This document shows, piece by piece, positions 18,081 to 27,900 of a stretch of 32,000 bases of DNA; within the stretch, counting starts at the first letter, position 1; every line of letters begins with the position of its first letter. The notes under the pieces are model-generated. The model was not told where the DNA came from, did no database searches, and saw nothing but the letters and a program-made list of their open reading frames with translations. This DNA is from Candidatus Pacearchaeota archaeon (GTDB taxonomy: Archaea > Nanobdellota > Nanobdellia > Pacearchaeales > UBA284). The stretch spans positions 570,001 to 602,000 of the forward strand of contig CP061211.1 in assembly GCA_026016245.1 (NCBI GenBank), written 5' to 3'. A program made the position numbers and the translations under genes.

Positions 18081-18231
18081 AAATAAAATAGAACTCAATT
18101 AATTTTATATTTTTCTATTAGATAATGGTTTCTTCACATAAGGTCTCTTTTCAAATAAAAACCAAAAAACCTAAATAATTTCTCAATAACAAGGGCAAAG
18201 TTTAAAAGTTTTCTAACATAATTTATTTTAT

Positions 18232-18354
18232 GCCTCAGTAGCTCAGTTGGTAGAGCGGCGGTCTTGTAATAAAGAACCCAGGTTCTTTAAATTCCTAAAG
18301 AACAAGGGAAAACAAGAAAACCGTAGGTCGGGGGTTCGGATCCCCCCTGAGGCT
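18232..18354 (+). tRNA. tRNA-Thr (anticodon TGT) with 50-nt archaeal intron
   Basis: GCCTCAG/CTGAGGC acceptor, GCGGT/ACCGT anticodon stem, GGGGG/CCCCC T-stem. Exons splice to a 73-nt cloverleaf when 18269-18318 is removed. Confidence 0.95.
18269..18318 (+). other. tRNA-Thr intron at canonical position 37/38 with bulge-helix-bulge motif
   Basis: 4-bp central helix CTTG/CAAG flanked by 3-nt bulges TAA (18267-18269) and AAA (18317-18319), with the cut after nt 2 in each. Confidence 0.88.
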
Positions 18355-18391
18355 TTTGTTATATAGGTGTAAAGATTTTAGATAAGGGGAA

Positions 18392-18790
18392 ATGAGTAAA
18401 GTTTTATTTGTTTGTAAGGGAAATGTTGGAAGAAGTCAGATGGCTGAAGCTTTTTATAGTCATTTAGTAGGAAGAGGGGCTTATAGTGCAGGTATCAAGG
18501 CAGTTACAGAATTAGTACACCCTCCAGAAGACGTAGTTGATATAATGTTAGAAGAAAATATAGATCTATCAAACCAAATAATCAAAAAATTAAATGAAGA
18601 TATGGTGAGAAAAGCAGATAAAGTTATTATTATGTGCAAAAAAGAAATATATCCTTCTTATCTAAACAATTATTCTAATAAAGTTTTGTATTGGAATATA
18701 AAAGATCCAAGATACATGAATACAGATGAAAGAAGAAAAATCAGAGATATTATTAAAGAAAAAGTTCTTTCTCTTAATAGGAAGAGTTAA
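18392..18790 (+). CDS. Low-molecular-weight protein tyrosine phosphatase/arsenate reductase-like protein
   Basis: 132 aa; P-loop VLFVCKGNVGRSQMAEAF, C-terminal YWNIKDPR. Confidence 0.85.
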   Translation: MSKVLFVCKGNVGRSQMAEAFYSHLVGRGAYSAGIKAVTELVHPPEDVVDIMLEENIDLSNQIIKKLNEDMVRKADKVIIMCKKEIYPSYLNNYSNKVLYWNIKDPRYMNTDERRKIRDIIKEKVLSLNRKS

Positions 18791-18863
18791 AAATTGCTGG
18801 TTTTTCAATACAGGATTTTTCTTGTAGCAAAATCTTTAAATATTCTTTCTTTTTTGTTTTGTT

Positions 18864-19256
18864 ATGATAAAAATTTATGAAATACCATCAGATAAGTTAA
18901 GTGGAGTAAAAAATATTTTGGAAGCTCCTGAAAAAGTTGCAGGAGAACTTGATGTAGAGATTGAGAAAGAGGCTGGCAGGAAAGGAACAAAAGTAGAGAA
19001 GGCAAAAGAGTGGAAGATTAATGAATTCAAAAGAGCTGGCTATATTTTGAGAGATGGAAAAGCTTTAGGTTTTGAAGAAAAAGAATCATATCTTTACATT
19101 GATGCTGATGAGGATTTTTTTAAAAGAAATGAAAAAATTTTGCTTGATGCTGGTGCAAAAGTACTTGAAGGGGAAAAATTTGAACAAGTAAAGAAAAAAA
19201 TCGAAAAAGCTGAACGCGAGGCTTCAGCTGGTGTTGGTTTTATTTTTGGAGGTTGA
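18864..19256 (+). CDS. Conserved-looking hypothetical protein
   Basis: 130 aa ORF with strong coding character; no family recognised. Confidence 0.6.
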   Translation: MIKIYEIPSDKLSGVKNILEAPEKVAGELDVEIEKEAGRKGTKVEKAKEWKINEFKRAGYILRDGKALGFEEKESYLYIDADEDFFKRNEKILLDAGAKVLEGEKFEQVKKKIEKAEREASAGVGFIFGG

Positions 19257-19261
19257 TTTGA

Positions 19262-19465
19262 ATGGGTATAACAAAAGGAATGCTGTCTAAATATCACCAA
19301 AATAAGGAAAAGATAGATTTGGAGATAAGAGATATTAGAAATGAGATTAATATGCATGGAACAGGAATTCTTTATGAAGAGGATAGAGAGATAGAAGAAG
19401 CTGTAAAATTATTAACTGAGAAGCATTATGATAATAGTAAGAGTATAGATGGAAAAGTAGATTAA
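19262..19465 (+). CDS. Hypothetical small charged protein
   Basis: 67 aa ORF starting 6 nt after the previous stop. Confidence 0.45.
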   Translation: MGITKGMLSKYHQNKEKIDLEIRDIRNEINMHGTGILYEEDREIEEAVKLLTEKHYDNSKSIDGKVD

Positions 19466-19545
19466 AAAAGAAAAAAATAGAAAGAAAAAGAGAGGAAAAG
19501 GATTTTAAATTGCTCTTTCTTATTTTTTATATTGGTTTTTATGTT

Positions 19546-19618
19546 GGGCCCGTGGTCTAGTGGTTACGACGTTGCTTTGACGTGGCAAAGATCCCAGGTT
19601 CGATCCCTGGCGGGCCCA
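19546..19618 (+). tRNA. tRNA-Val (anticodon GAC)
   Basis: GGGCCCG/CGGGCCC acceptor, GTC/GAC D-stem, TTGCT-TTGACGT-GGCAA anticodon arm, CCAGG TTCGATC CCTGG T-arm. Confidence 0.95.
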
Positions 19619-19659
19619 CTCATCATAGGATTTAAAAAAGGTAAGAGTTTTGTTAGAGA

Positions 19660-19995
19660 ATGGCAAAAAAAGGTGGTGACGAAGAAAAAATTTTTGCATT
19701 TCTTTGTTATTTGATTTCAATAATTGGTGTAGTGATTGTATTGGTTACAAAAAAAGACAGAAGCGACTTTAGTATCTATCATGCTAGACAGGGACTTGTT
19801 CTTTTTATAACTTGGATAATTGTTGCTATCCTATGGTCTATTTTAGGGTTAATACCTATTATTGGGTGGATTATAGGGTGGATACTATGGATACTAGTGC
19901 TAGTATTATGGATAATTGGAATGGTTAATTCTTTGACAGGAAAGAAAGTTCCATTGCCAGTGATTGGTGGATTTGCAAAATCTTTCAAGTTTTAG
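19660..19995 (+). CDS. DUF4870/Tic20-like small membrane protein
   Basis: 111 aa; EEKIFAFLCYLISIIGVVIVLVTKKDRSDFSIYHARQGLVLFI...IIGMVNSLTGKKVPLPVIG. Confidence 0.75.
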   Translation: MAKKGGDEEKIFAFLCYLISIIGVVIVLVTKKDRSDFSIYHARQGLVLFITWIIVAILWSILGLIPIIGWIIGWILWILVLVLWIIGMVNSLTGKKVPLPVIGGFAKSFKF

Positions 19996-20084
19996 TGTCA
20001 TAAAGAGAAAAAAAGAAAACACAAAGTAAGATTTATATAGAGTTTTTTCCTCTCATCAAAAGAGAAGAGAGCTAAAAAAGAGGA

Positions 20085-20096
20085 GGGGCGCGCCTC
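20085..20096. promoter_or_regulatory. Isolated GC-rich palindrome (GG-GGCGCGCC-TC) immediately 5' of the start codon at 20099
   Basis: Perfect 8-bp palindrome GGCGCGCC 20087-20094 in an AT-rich leader, 4 nt before ATG. TATA-like TTTATATAG near 20030-20040. Confidence 0.4.
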
Positions 20097-20098
20097 AA

Positions 20099-21967
20099 AT
20101 GCAGCACAAGAAAGCACAAGTTACTATTTTTATAATAATTGCTGTACTTATTGTAGCTGTGGCTCTCTTCTCCTATTTTTTCATCTTCAGACCGCCAGCA
20201 ATTGTAATTCCTTCTGAAATTCAGCCTGTTGAAGCTTATCTTGTTGAGTGTGTTAGCGAGCAAGTTAAAGATGCTACAAGGATTGCTGGATTACAAGGAG
20301 GATATTTGGAAATGCCAGAGTTTGAACCTGGTTCTGAACAGCTTCCTTTTTCATCCCAGTTTGATTTTTTAGGAATACAAGTTCCTTATTGGTTTTATGT
20401 TTCTGGAAATAATCTAGCTAGGGAAAGAAAGCCTAGTTTGAAGGATATAGAAAAAGAGTTTGCTGATTATCTTAAAGAAAGAGTTGAGGAATGTAAGTTT
20501 GAGAGTTTTATTTTGCAAGGTTATGATATTGAAGTAGAAGGAAAGCCAGATATTGAAGTTAATATTAGAGCAAATTCAATTGAAACATTAGTAAACTGGC
20601 CTATTGATATTAATTATAGAGATATTAATGTTCGAATTGTAGAACATAGGGTTAGTACTAAAACCAGTTTTGGCCAACTTTATGATACTGCAAATAGAAT
20701 TTTTGATAGTGAGCAGGAGAAGTTGTTTTTAGAGAATTATGCTCTTGATGTCTTAAGACTTTATGCTCCTACTACTGATATTGAATTAAGTTGTGCTCCT
20801 AAAACCTGGTTTGTTAGTTCTGTTAGGGATGAGGTAAATAGTGCTCTTGAAGTTAATATCGCTGCTGTCAAGGTTTCTGGAACTTATTATGAATTAGACA
20901 GGAAAGAGGATGAGTATTTTGAGGTTGATGTTGGTGAGAGTATTGATGAGCAAGTGTATTTTCTTTATTTTAGGAATATGCCTCATGTCTTTGAAGTTTG
21001 GCCTTCTGAAGATAATTTAATGGAAGCAGAACCTATTGGAACACAGCCTGGTCTTGGTATCTTAGGAACTTTAGGTTTGTGTTATGTTCCTTATCATTTT
21101 GTCTATGATTTGAAATTCCCTGTTTTAGTTCAAGTGCTTAGGAATGGTGAGCTATTCCAGTTTCCTGTTGTGGTTGTAATTGATAAAAATAGTATAAGAA
21201 ATATGACTGCTGCTGAAACTCAGGAAATTGTGTTTGATTTATGTCAGCATAAAACACAGGAAGTTACAATATTCACTTATGATGAAAATACTCAGCCAAT
21301 TGAGGCTAAGCTTGGATTTAAATGCTTTAATCAAATATGTGATTTAGGTAGGACAAGAATAGAGGGCAGTAAGGCTGTTCTTGAAACTAGAATACCCCAA
21401 TGTTATAATGGATTTGTAGTAGCTAAGGCTGATGGTTATGTTACTAAAAAAGCTCCATCTCCAGGAATACAGACTTTTGTCATGAATGTATTCATGAGTC
21501 CTGAGCATGTTCTTGATTTAGAGGTTGGGGGATTGGGAAGCGGAGAGCATGCTACTGTAACTTTCACATCAGAAGATTATAGTGCTAGTGTTTATTATCC
21601 TGATCAAAAACAAATAATCTTGGCTGAAGGAATCTATAATGTATCAGTTTATTTGTTTAAAGAATCCTCAATTACTTTGGAATCTCAGAGAGTTGAAAAA
21701 TGCATAGATGTTCCTGTTGGTGGTATTGGCGCTATATTTGGAATTATGCAAGAGCAATGTTTTGAGCTTGATGTGCCTCAAGAAACTTATACTGATGTAA
21801 TATTTGGAGGAGGTTTTGTTGAATTTTCTATAACTGAATCTGAATTAAGAGGAGCATCTAAAGTCAGCATTATAGCTCCTTCATATGATGTTCCAAAAAA
21901 TCTGTTTGATTTAGGAGATGTTTATGGATTAATAGATGTCGGTGAAGTTCGAGTTTCAATAAAATGA
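20099..21967 (+). CDS. Class III signal peptide-bearing large exoprotein
   Basis: 622 aa; N-term MQHKKAQVTIFIIIAVLIVAVALFSYFFIF, long extracellular region with Cys pairs and beta-rich segments. Confidence 0.8.
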   Translation: MQHKKAQVTIFIIIAVLIVAVALFSYFFIFRPPAIVIPSEIQPVEAYLVECVSEQVKDATRIAGLQGGYLEMPEFEPGSEQLPFSSQFDFLGIQVPYWFYVSGNNLARERKPSLKDIEKEFADYLKERVEECKFESFILQGYDIEVEGKPDIEVNIRANSIETLVNWPIDINYRDINVRIVEHRVSTKTSFGQLYDTANRIFDSEQEKLFLENYALDVLRLYAPTTDIELSCAPKTWFVSSVRDEVNSALEVNIAAVKVSGTYYELDRKEDEYFEVDVGESIDEQVYFLYFRNMPHVFEVWPSEDNLMEAEPIGTQPGLGILGTLGLCYVPYHFVYDLKFPVLVQVLRNGELFQFPVVVVIDKNSIRNMTAAETQEIVFDLCQHKTQEVTIFTYDENTQPIEAKLGFKCFNQICDLGRTRIEGSKAVLETRIPQCYNGFVVAKADGYVTKKAPSPGIQTFVMNVFMSPEHVLDLEVGGLGSGEHATVTFTSEDYSASVYYPDQKQIILAEGIYNVSVYLFKESSITLESQRVEKCIDVPVGGIGAIFGIMQEQCFELDVPQETYTDVIFGGGFVEFSITESELRGASKVSIIAPSYDVPKNLFDLGDVYGLIDVGEVRVSIK

Positions 21968-24900
21968 GAAAAATGAAAAAAATAAATTTGGTTTTGGCAG
22001 TTTTGTTACTTGCAGTTTTATTTTCTGTTTTAATGGTTAGTGTTATGGCTCAACAACCTCCAATTGTCCCACCAGCTCCTGAATTGCCTCTTGAGCAGAT
22101 TCAAACACCCCCTGAATTTTACATGCAAGAGCCTCCAACACCTTATTTGTATCCTAATGCTGGTGTAACTCCTTGGTCTCATGTAGAATGGAGAGAGGGG
22201 TATTGCAATAAAACAGGGATGGATTTTCTTATTGAGATAGCTCCAGATGCATGCCAGCCTGCTATTGTTACTAGTGATCTTTTGGAAGAGCAAGATGTTC
22301 CTGTTTTATGTAGAATGACTGGGATAAAGATTAATCCAATAATACAAGTTCCATATATTAAGAGAATTATTCCTGCTGTTGAGAATCGTTCTGATGGAAT
22401 TAGTTATGTTAATTTCTTGCCTGCCCGTTATGCCCTAAGTTATTATGGTGATAGTGGACAGAAGAAGCCAGGTTTTGAGGGTGTCCCTACTATGAGTAAT
22501 CTAGGATATTTATTAATAGTTTTGAAAAGACAGCCCTCTGAAAAGAAAATGCCTGAGAGTGTCAAGGCTGATATTTCTGTAAGAATAATTTATGATATAG
22601 CCAGAACTTATGGGATTAATGAGAATCAGTTTGTATTGCCTTTATTAAGCCAGGAAGAATGGATCACTAACTACAAGAATTATGGTTTCTGGAGGGGCAA
22701 GGGTTATTTAAGGTTGCAGGAAATAGAGGGCAATAATAGAGCTAAAGTTGCTTTGTATACTATTCCAAGTGCAGCTCCTTTTGCTACTAGGGATCTTAGA
22801 GTGGGTATTGATCCTACAAAGAAAGATGAAGTTATGTTACCAGGATTTTATTGTGGTGCTGGTGTTAGTTTAAGATTAGATGAAATTTCTATTCCAAAGA
22901 ATAGAATTAGATTATTAGTTAATGGAAATGAACTTTTATTAGGAGAGGGAGAGCGTATTCAGGATTCAGGTTGTGTTGTTTTTAAAATTGAGCCTTCACC
23001 TTACACTTATGGAGGCAGTGCAGTAATAAGATGTGCTGCCACAGACAGAAAAGTTTTGACACTAAGTGATATTGAGGCAGATATTAAAGTGGATGAAAGA
23101 GAAGAGAGAGTGAGTGTTGGTTCTAGAATTGTTGCTGAAAAAGATAACAAGAAGAATTATTTTTATGTTGGCTATCTTGGCAAGGAGTATTTGAAAGAAG
23201 GTATGGATAATTTTATGATTTTATTTTCTGGAAAAAATGCAGAAAGTCCTTTGAGTGAGGGGGCTGTTAAAAAAACAACTGAAACAATACACTCTTATAT
23301 TAAATCACTAAGAGGAGAGGCATTAGAGGCTTTGCCTTCAACAACATGGAATTTACAATTAAGGGAAGCTCTTCAGAAAATATATCCAGATACTGCTAGG
23401 CAAGTCACTAACTTTTATGTTTCTAAGAAAGGTGTCTCAAATGGAATAGGCAGTCTAGGCACAAAGATAAATATTATTGATATGAGGGGGCCTAAGCAAG
23501 TTCTTTATTCAAGTGATGTTGAGGCTGTTTATAAGGACGCTATACAGCACTATCGTGATATTGCTCATGCTTACTCTGTTGAGCAGCATCCTGAGGGAAT
23601 GTATTATGGTGTAATGGCTCTAAGTTCTGCAGCAGACTTGGCTTCTGAATTGCATAAGGAAATTGATGAAGTTGATTTGTTGAGAGAGCTTATTGATAAA
23701 TATTCAGATTCTAGTGAGCTTGAAATTATTGCAGAGGTTGAGGAGGCAAGAGAGAGATTGAGGAGAGTTGTTTCCTTGAGTGGAGATAATTCTGCTATGT
23801 TCTCCAGACCAAGTGGAAATTATTTTATGCAGATGGTGTCAGTTGAAAAACCCTCTCTTGCAGTGCAGTCAGCTGAGATGGAGATTAATGATGTGAGAGG
23901 AACTTATGGTATTGATGATATTATTGATGGCTGGCAGATTGAAGATATAACTGATATTGGCGTTGTTTTCAAGAATCTGACCAAAACTTCTGAGAGAGAG
24001 ACTGTTTCAATAGGCAAAGTTGTTTATTTTGGACAGACAAGAGTTAAGGTTTTGGATATTACAATAAAAAGGGAGGCAAAAGTAACTATATTGCCTTTTG
24101 AACGTGAGCGAGAGACTGAGACTAATTTCAGTATTCAGATAGGTATTGAGAAAAGAGCAATACAATTGAGTCCTGAAAAAACAAGAGAGATGATTGCAGG
24201 TCTTGATAAAACTATTAGTAAGTTTGAGAGTGTAAGAGATAAGTTAGGGGATGTTGTTAGTGTGTGGAAGAAAGCATGTTATGTTGGCGCTAGTGCTTTA
24301 TGGGTAAAGAATTTTGTTACTGGCCTTAGTGGAGAAGCTCTTGCAAGAAAAAAAGTTATGCAAAGATGGACAATCATATGTTCAGATGAAGGTTATAGAA
24401 AAAGTATAGGAGCTGTCAGTATTTCAGATTGTTATAGAATAAAAGAAGATGCAATTAATAAAGATATAAATTTGATGAAAAATTCTCTCAGTAAAGCGAA
24501 TTCATTTGTAAAGGATGTTAAAGAGAGTGAGGGAGTTACAAAGACTGGTGGGTTATTTGGATTATCTAAGACAGTTGATGAAAATGAGTTCATGAAAGTT
24601 GCTAACAAAACTTTCTCTTCTGAACTTAAAGGAATAGGAGATATTCATCAACAAAAACAACTTAGAAAGATAGCAGTTTCAGATGGCCCTATTATTTATC
24701 AGGGAAAGAGATATGAGAGCATTAACAAATTAATAGAAGATATTGGAATTCAGACATTTGAAGAAAGGAAAAATGAGTATGCTGAAATTGAGAATAGGTT
24801 TGTGAATACTGCGAAGATTACCGAGAATATAAGTTATTTGCATCAGAAAAGCCAGTTGTTTAAGAATGATATTAAGGAACTTCATTTGACTCTTGAAATT

Positions 24901-27900
24901 TATAATGAATGCAAAAAGAAAACTCAAAGTGATATTGAAGATTCAGCCTTGTGTAAAGAAGCTTTGACAGGAACTTATGGAAAACTTAGTGGTTATGCTA
25001 ATGTTCTTGAAGAGGGAACTGCGCAAGAGGCTTTGAAAGATGTTTTAGGGTTAGATGCAGTGGTTGTTGTTCCAGAAAAACGTAATATTATCAAATCTCC
25101 AATCTATACATTAAAGAATTTTCCTAAATTGCAACCAAAGCTAGAAGAAAGTGGTGATACTAGATTTACTTATTTCTATCACACTGCAAATTATTATATT
25201 GCTGTTGTTGAATCAACTGGAGATGGAAAATTTGCAATCAAAACCCTTTATAATATTGAAAAATTAGGAACAGAAGATATTAAAGTTGTTGAGAAGTTCA
25301 CAAGTCCTGAATTATCTGGAAAACTTGGGGATTTGGGTATTTCTCATGTTGAAGAAATTGATATAACTTTATGTAATAATAATGAGATTAAAAACCCTTA
25401 CAGGAATGAAATTAAATTCTGGGAAACAGGGCCTTACAAAGATTTTGTTGCTTTAATGCCAATAGATAGAAGAACAGGATGGTATCTGGCAACTACTTAT
25501 ACAGGTTTAGAAGGTGCTTTGGTTGCATGGAAAGAATCTGGTGATATAAATGTGTTCTGGATTTGTAATGTTGGTCAGGATGGAATTCCTAATTTTGATT
25601 TCAGCCAGGGAGCTAGTGGTGATGATTGTTGTACTCAGGTTGCATTGATTACAGGAGCAGAGCCAGAGATTCCACCTTTAACTGCATCTGGCTCTAGAGA
25701 AATTGTTAAGAGGGCCAAAGATTGTGCTAAGCAAGCCATAACAGATTACTCCCAAGGCAAGAGGAGGATAGAGACTAAGTGTGGGGACTTTGTCTTGGCA
25801 AAGCCACCTTCTGCCAGGCCTGCTATGCAGTGCGAAGATTTCATGAGTCCTAGTGATTGCAGAATCATGTTTAATCTATGCGATCCTGTTATGTGTCCTT
25901 CATCTAGATGTGATCTTGGTGGAAGAATGCCTGTTGATGATGTGGTTGCTTCTGGTGTAATAGGAAGCTTGATGTTGTGCTTGCCTAATTGGGAAGATGG
26001 TCGGGGAGTATTAGTTCCTATATGTTTGACTGGGGTTCATGCTGGTTTAGATAATTTCATAACAATACTAAAATCAGGGAGAGATTGTTTGCAAGAACAG
26101 TTAGAGACTGGGAAAACAATAGGGATATGTGATGAGATAATGTCAATATATAAGTGTGAGTTTTTTTGGAGACAGCTTGATCCTTTTATCAGGGCAGGAA
26201 TTCCGGCATTAACTGAGAGTTTCACAGGAAGAGGAGGAGGGGAGTATGCTTTATTTAGTGAATCCTGGAAACAAGGCACTAATGCTTTGAGATATTGGAG
26301 TGATTATTATGAACAAACATCAAATCAAGCATTTAAGGCAAGAAGCACTGCCCAAATTGGAACTGAGATATGTAAGAGGTTTATTTCTGGGACATATCCA
26401 ACTCAAGCACAGTTCTGGGAGCAAGTGAGTAAGCCTGAATCCCCAACGCAAGCAATGGCATGGTTTGATGAAACTCAAATGGGTGGACCAAGTCCTGAAA
26501 GCCATTATAAAGTATTTTTCCATATATTTGCTGGACGCGATCAGGGAGTTTATTATAGTGTTTATCTAAGAAGCCCTTCTGCTCCTGGCTATTATCAGCC
26601 GCCTCCTCAGTACATGATTCCAAATGGATTTGGTTATCTTCCAGCAGGTGAGTATATTAGCATGACACCTGACTTTACTGCCCCTAGTGGTTATAAGGAG
26701 GTTTGTATCAGGTTGAATGAGAAAGAGATTTGTGGTTTTGGCCAGGCAACAACAAATTTTGCAATAGAGGAGCTTCAGAATTATTATCTTAAAAAACAGG
26801 CTGCAGAAGATGTAAGCACAGCTCAAGAATGTGTGAGTGGAAAGCCAACAATAATTCCTACTGCTACACTGAACATACAATCAGCTGTTGAGCATGCTTT
26901 AGAGCCAGCCATTTATAGAAGAGGGATTATCAGAAGATGTTCTACTTTAAATCCAGGATTAAATACAGAGCCAGATAGATGGAAGAGGATTGGTTATTGT
27001 GATAGTGAAAGTGTTGGCTGCTGGCTTGATACTAAAAGTGTTGAAGGAGCAGTAAGTGATTTAGGAATAAGGGAAGATATTATGGAAGAGGCTGAGCAAA
27101 AAAACATTGCTCATGCTATTGAAAAATATGGCTATGATAAACTTGAAGACAGCCAGAGCAATCTTATAAAAAATGAACCAAAAATTCTGGATATTGAAAA
27201 AACAGTTACTGAATTTATCAACAAAGTGAATTTAATGATAGAAGATGAGTTTAAGGCAGAGAAAAAAGATCTTGAAAAAGAGATTGAGAATATAGACAAG
27301 ATAGAGATTCAACCTCTTATAATAACATTCAGAGAAATAAGCAAAAAATGTGCAAGAAGTGAGGAGAAAGCAAGAGCAGATTGGGCAATTGCAAAAATAC
27401 TTGGATTAAGAGCTAGGTTATATGCACTACCAGGAATTTATGAAGTTGAAAAAAAATTAAAAGAGGAAGAAATTCCTGTGGAGATTAGAGATACTCTTGG
27501 CTTGCTGGACTGGCCTGTTCCTTTAGGTTATGATATTATAAGTTATTATGGTGAACCTCGCTTTGGTTATGAGCATACTGGTATTGATATCGGGGGAGCA
27601 GGAACTGAAGGATATGATATTGTAGCAGCTGCAAGCGGAAAAATTGTTAAAACAATTGATGGGTGTAAGGTTAGTGACTGTGAAAACTGTGTAACTGAAA
27701 TTTGTGATACTGAAGGTTGCAGGAGAAGTAAGGTTGGTAAATCAGGTAACATGATTGTGATTGAGCATGAGTATAGTGGTAGAAAAATATACTCTCTTTA
27801 TATGCATCTAAAAGAAAATAGTGTTGTTGTTAAAGTAGGAGATAATGTTAAGAGGGGTGAAAAAATAGCTGAAGTCGGCAAGACTGGGAATGCTTGTGGT

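Noticed and set aside
19520-19720. Minus-strand ORFs at 19520-19720 and 19532-19714
   Set aside because: They run antisense through tRNA-Val(GAC) at 19546-19618 and into the DUF4870-like gene, so coding is implausible.
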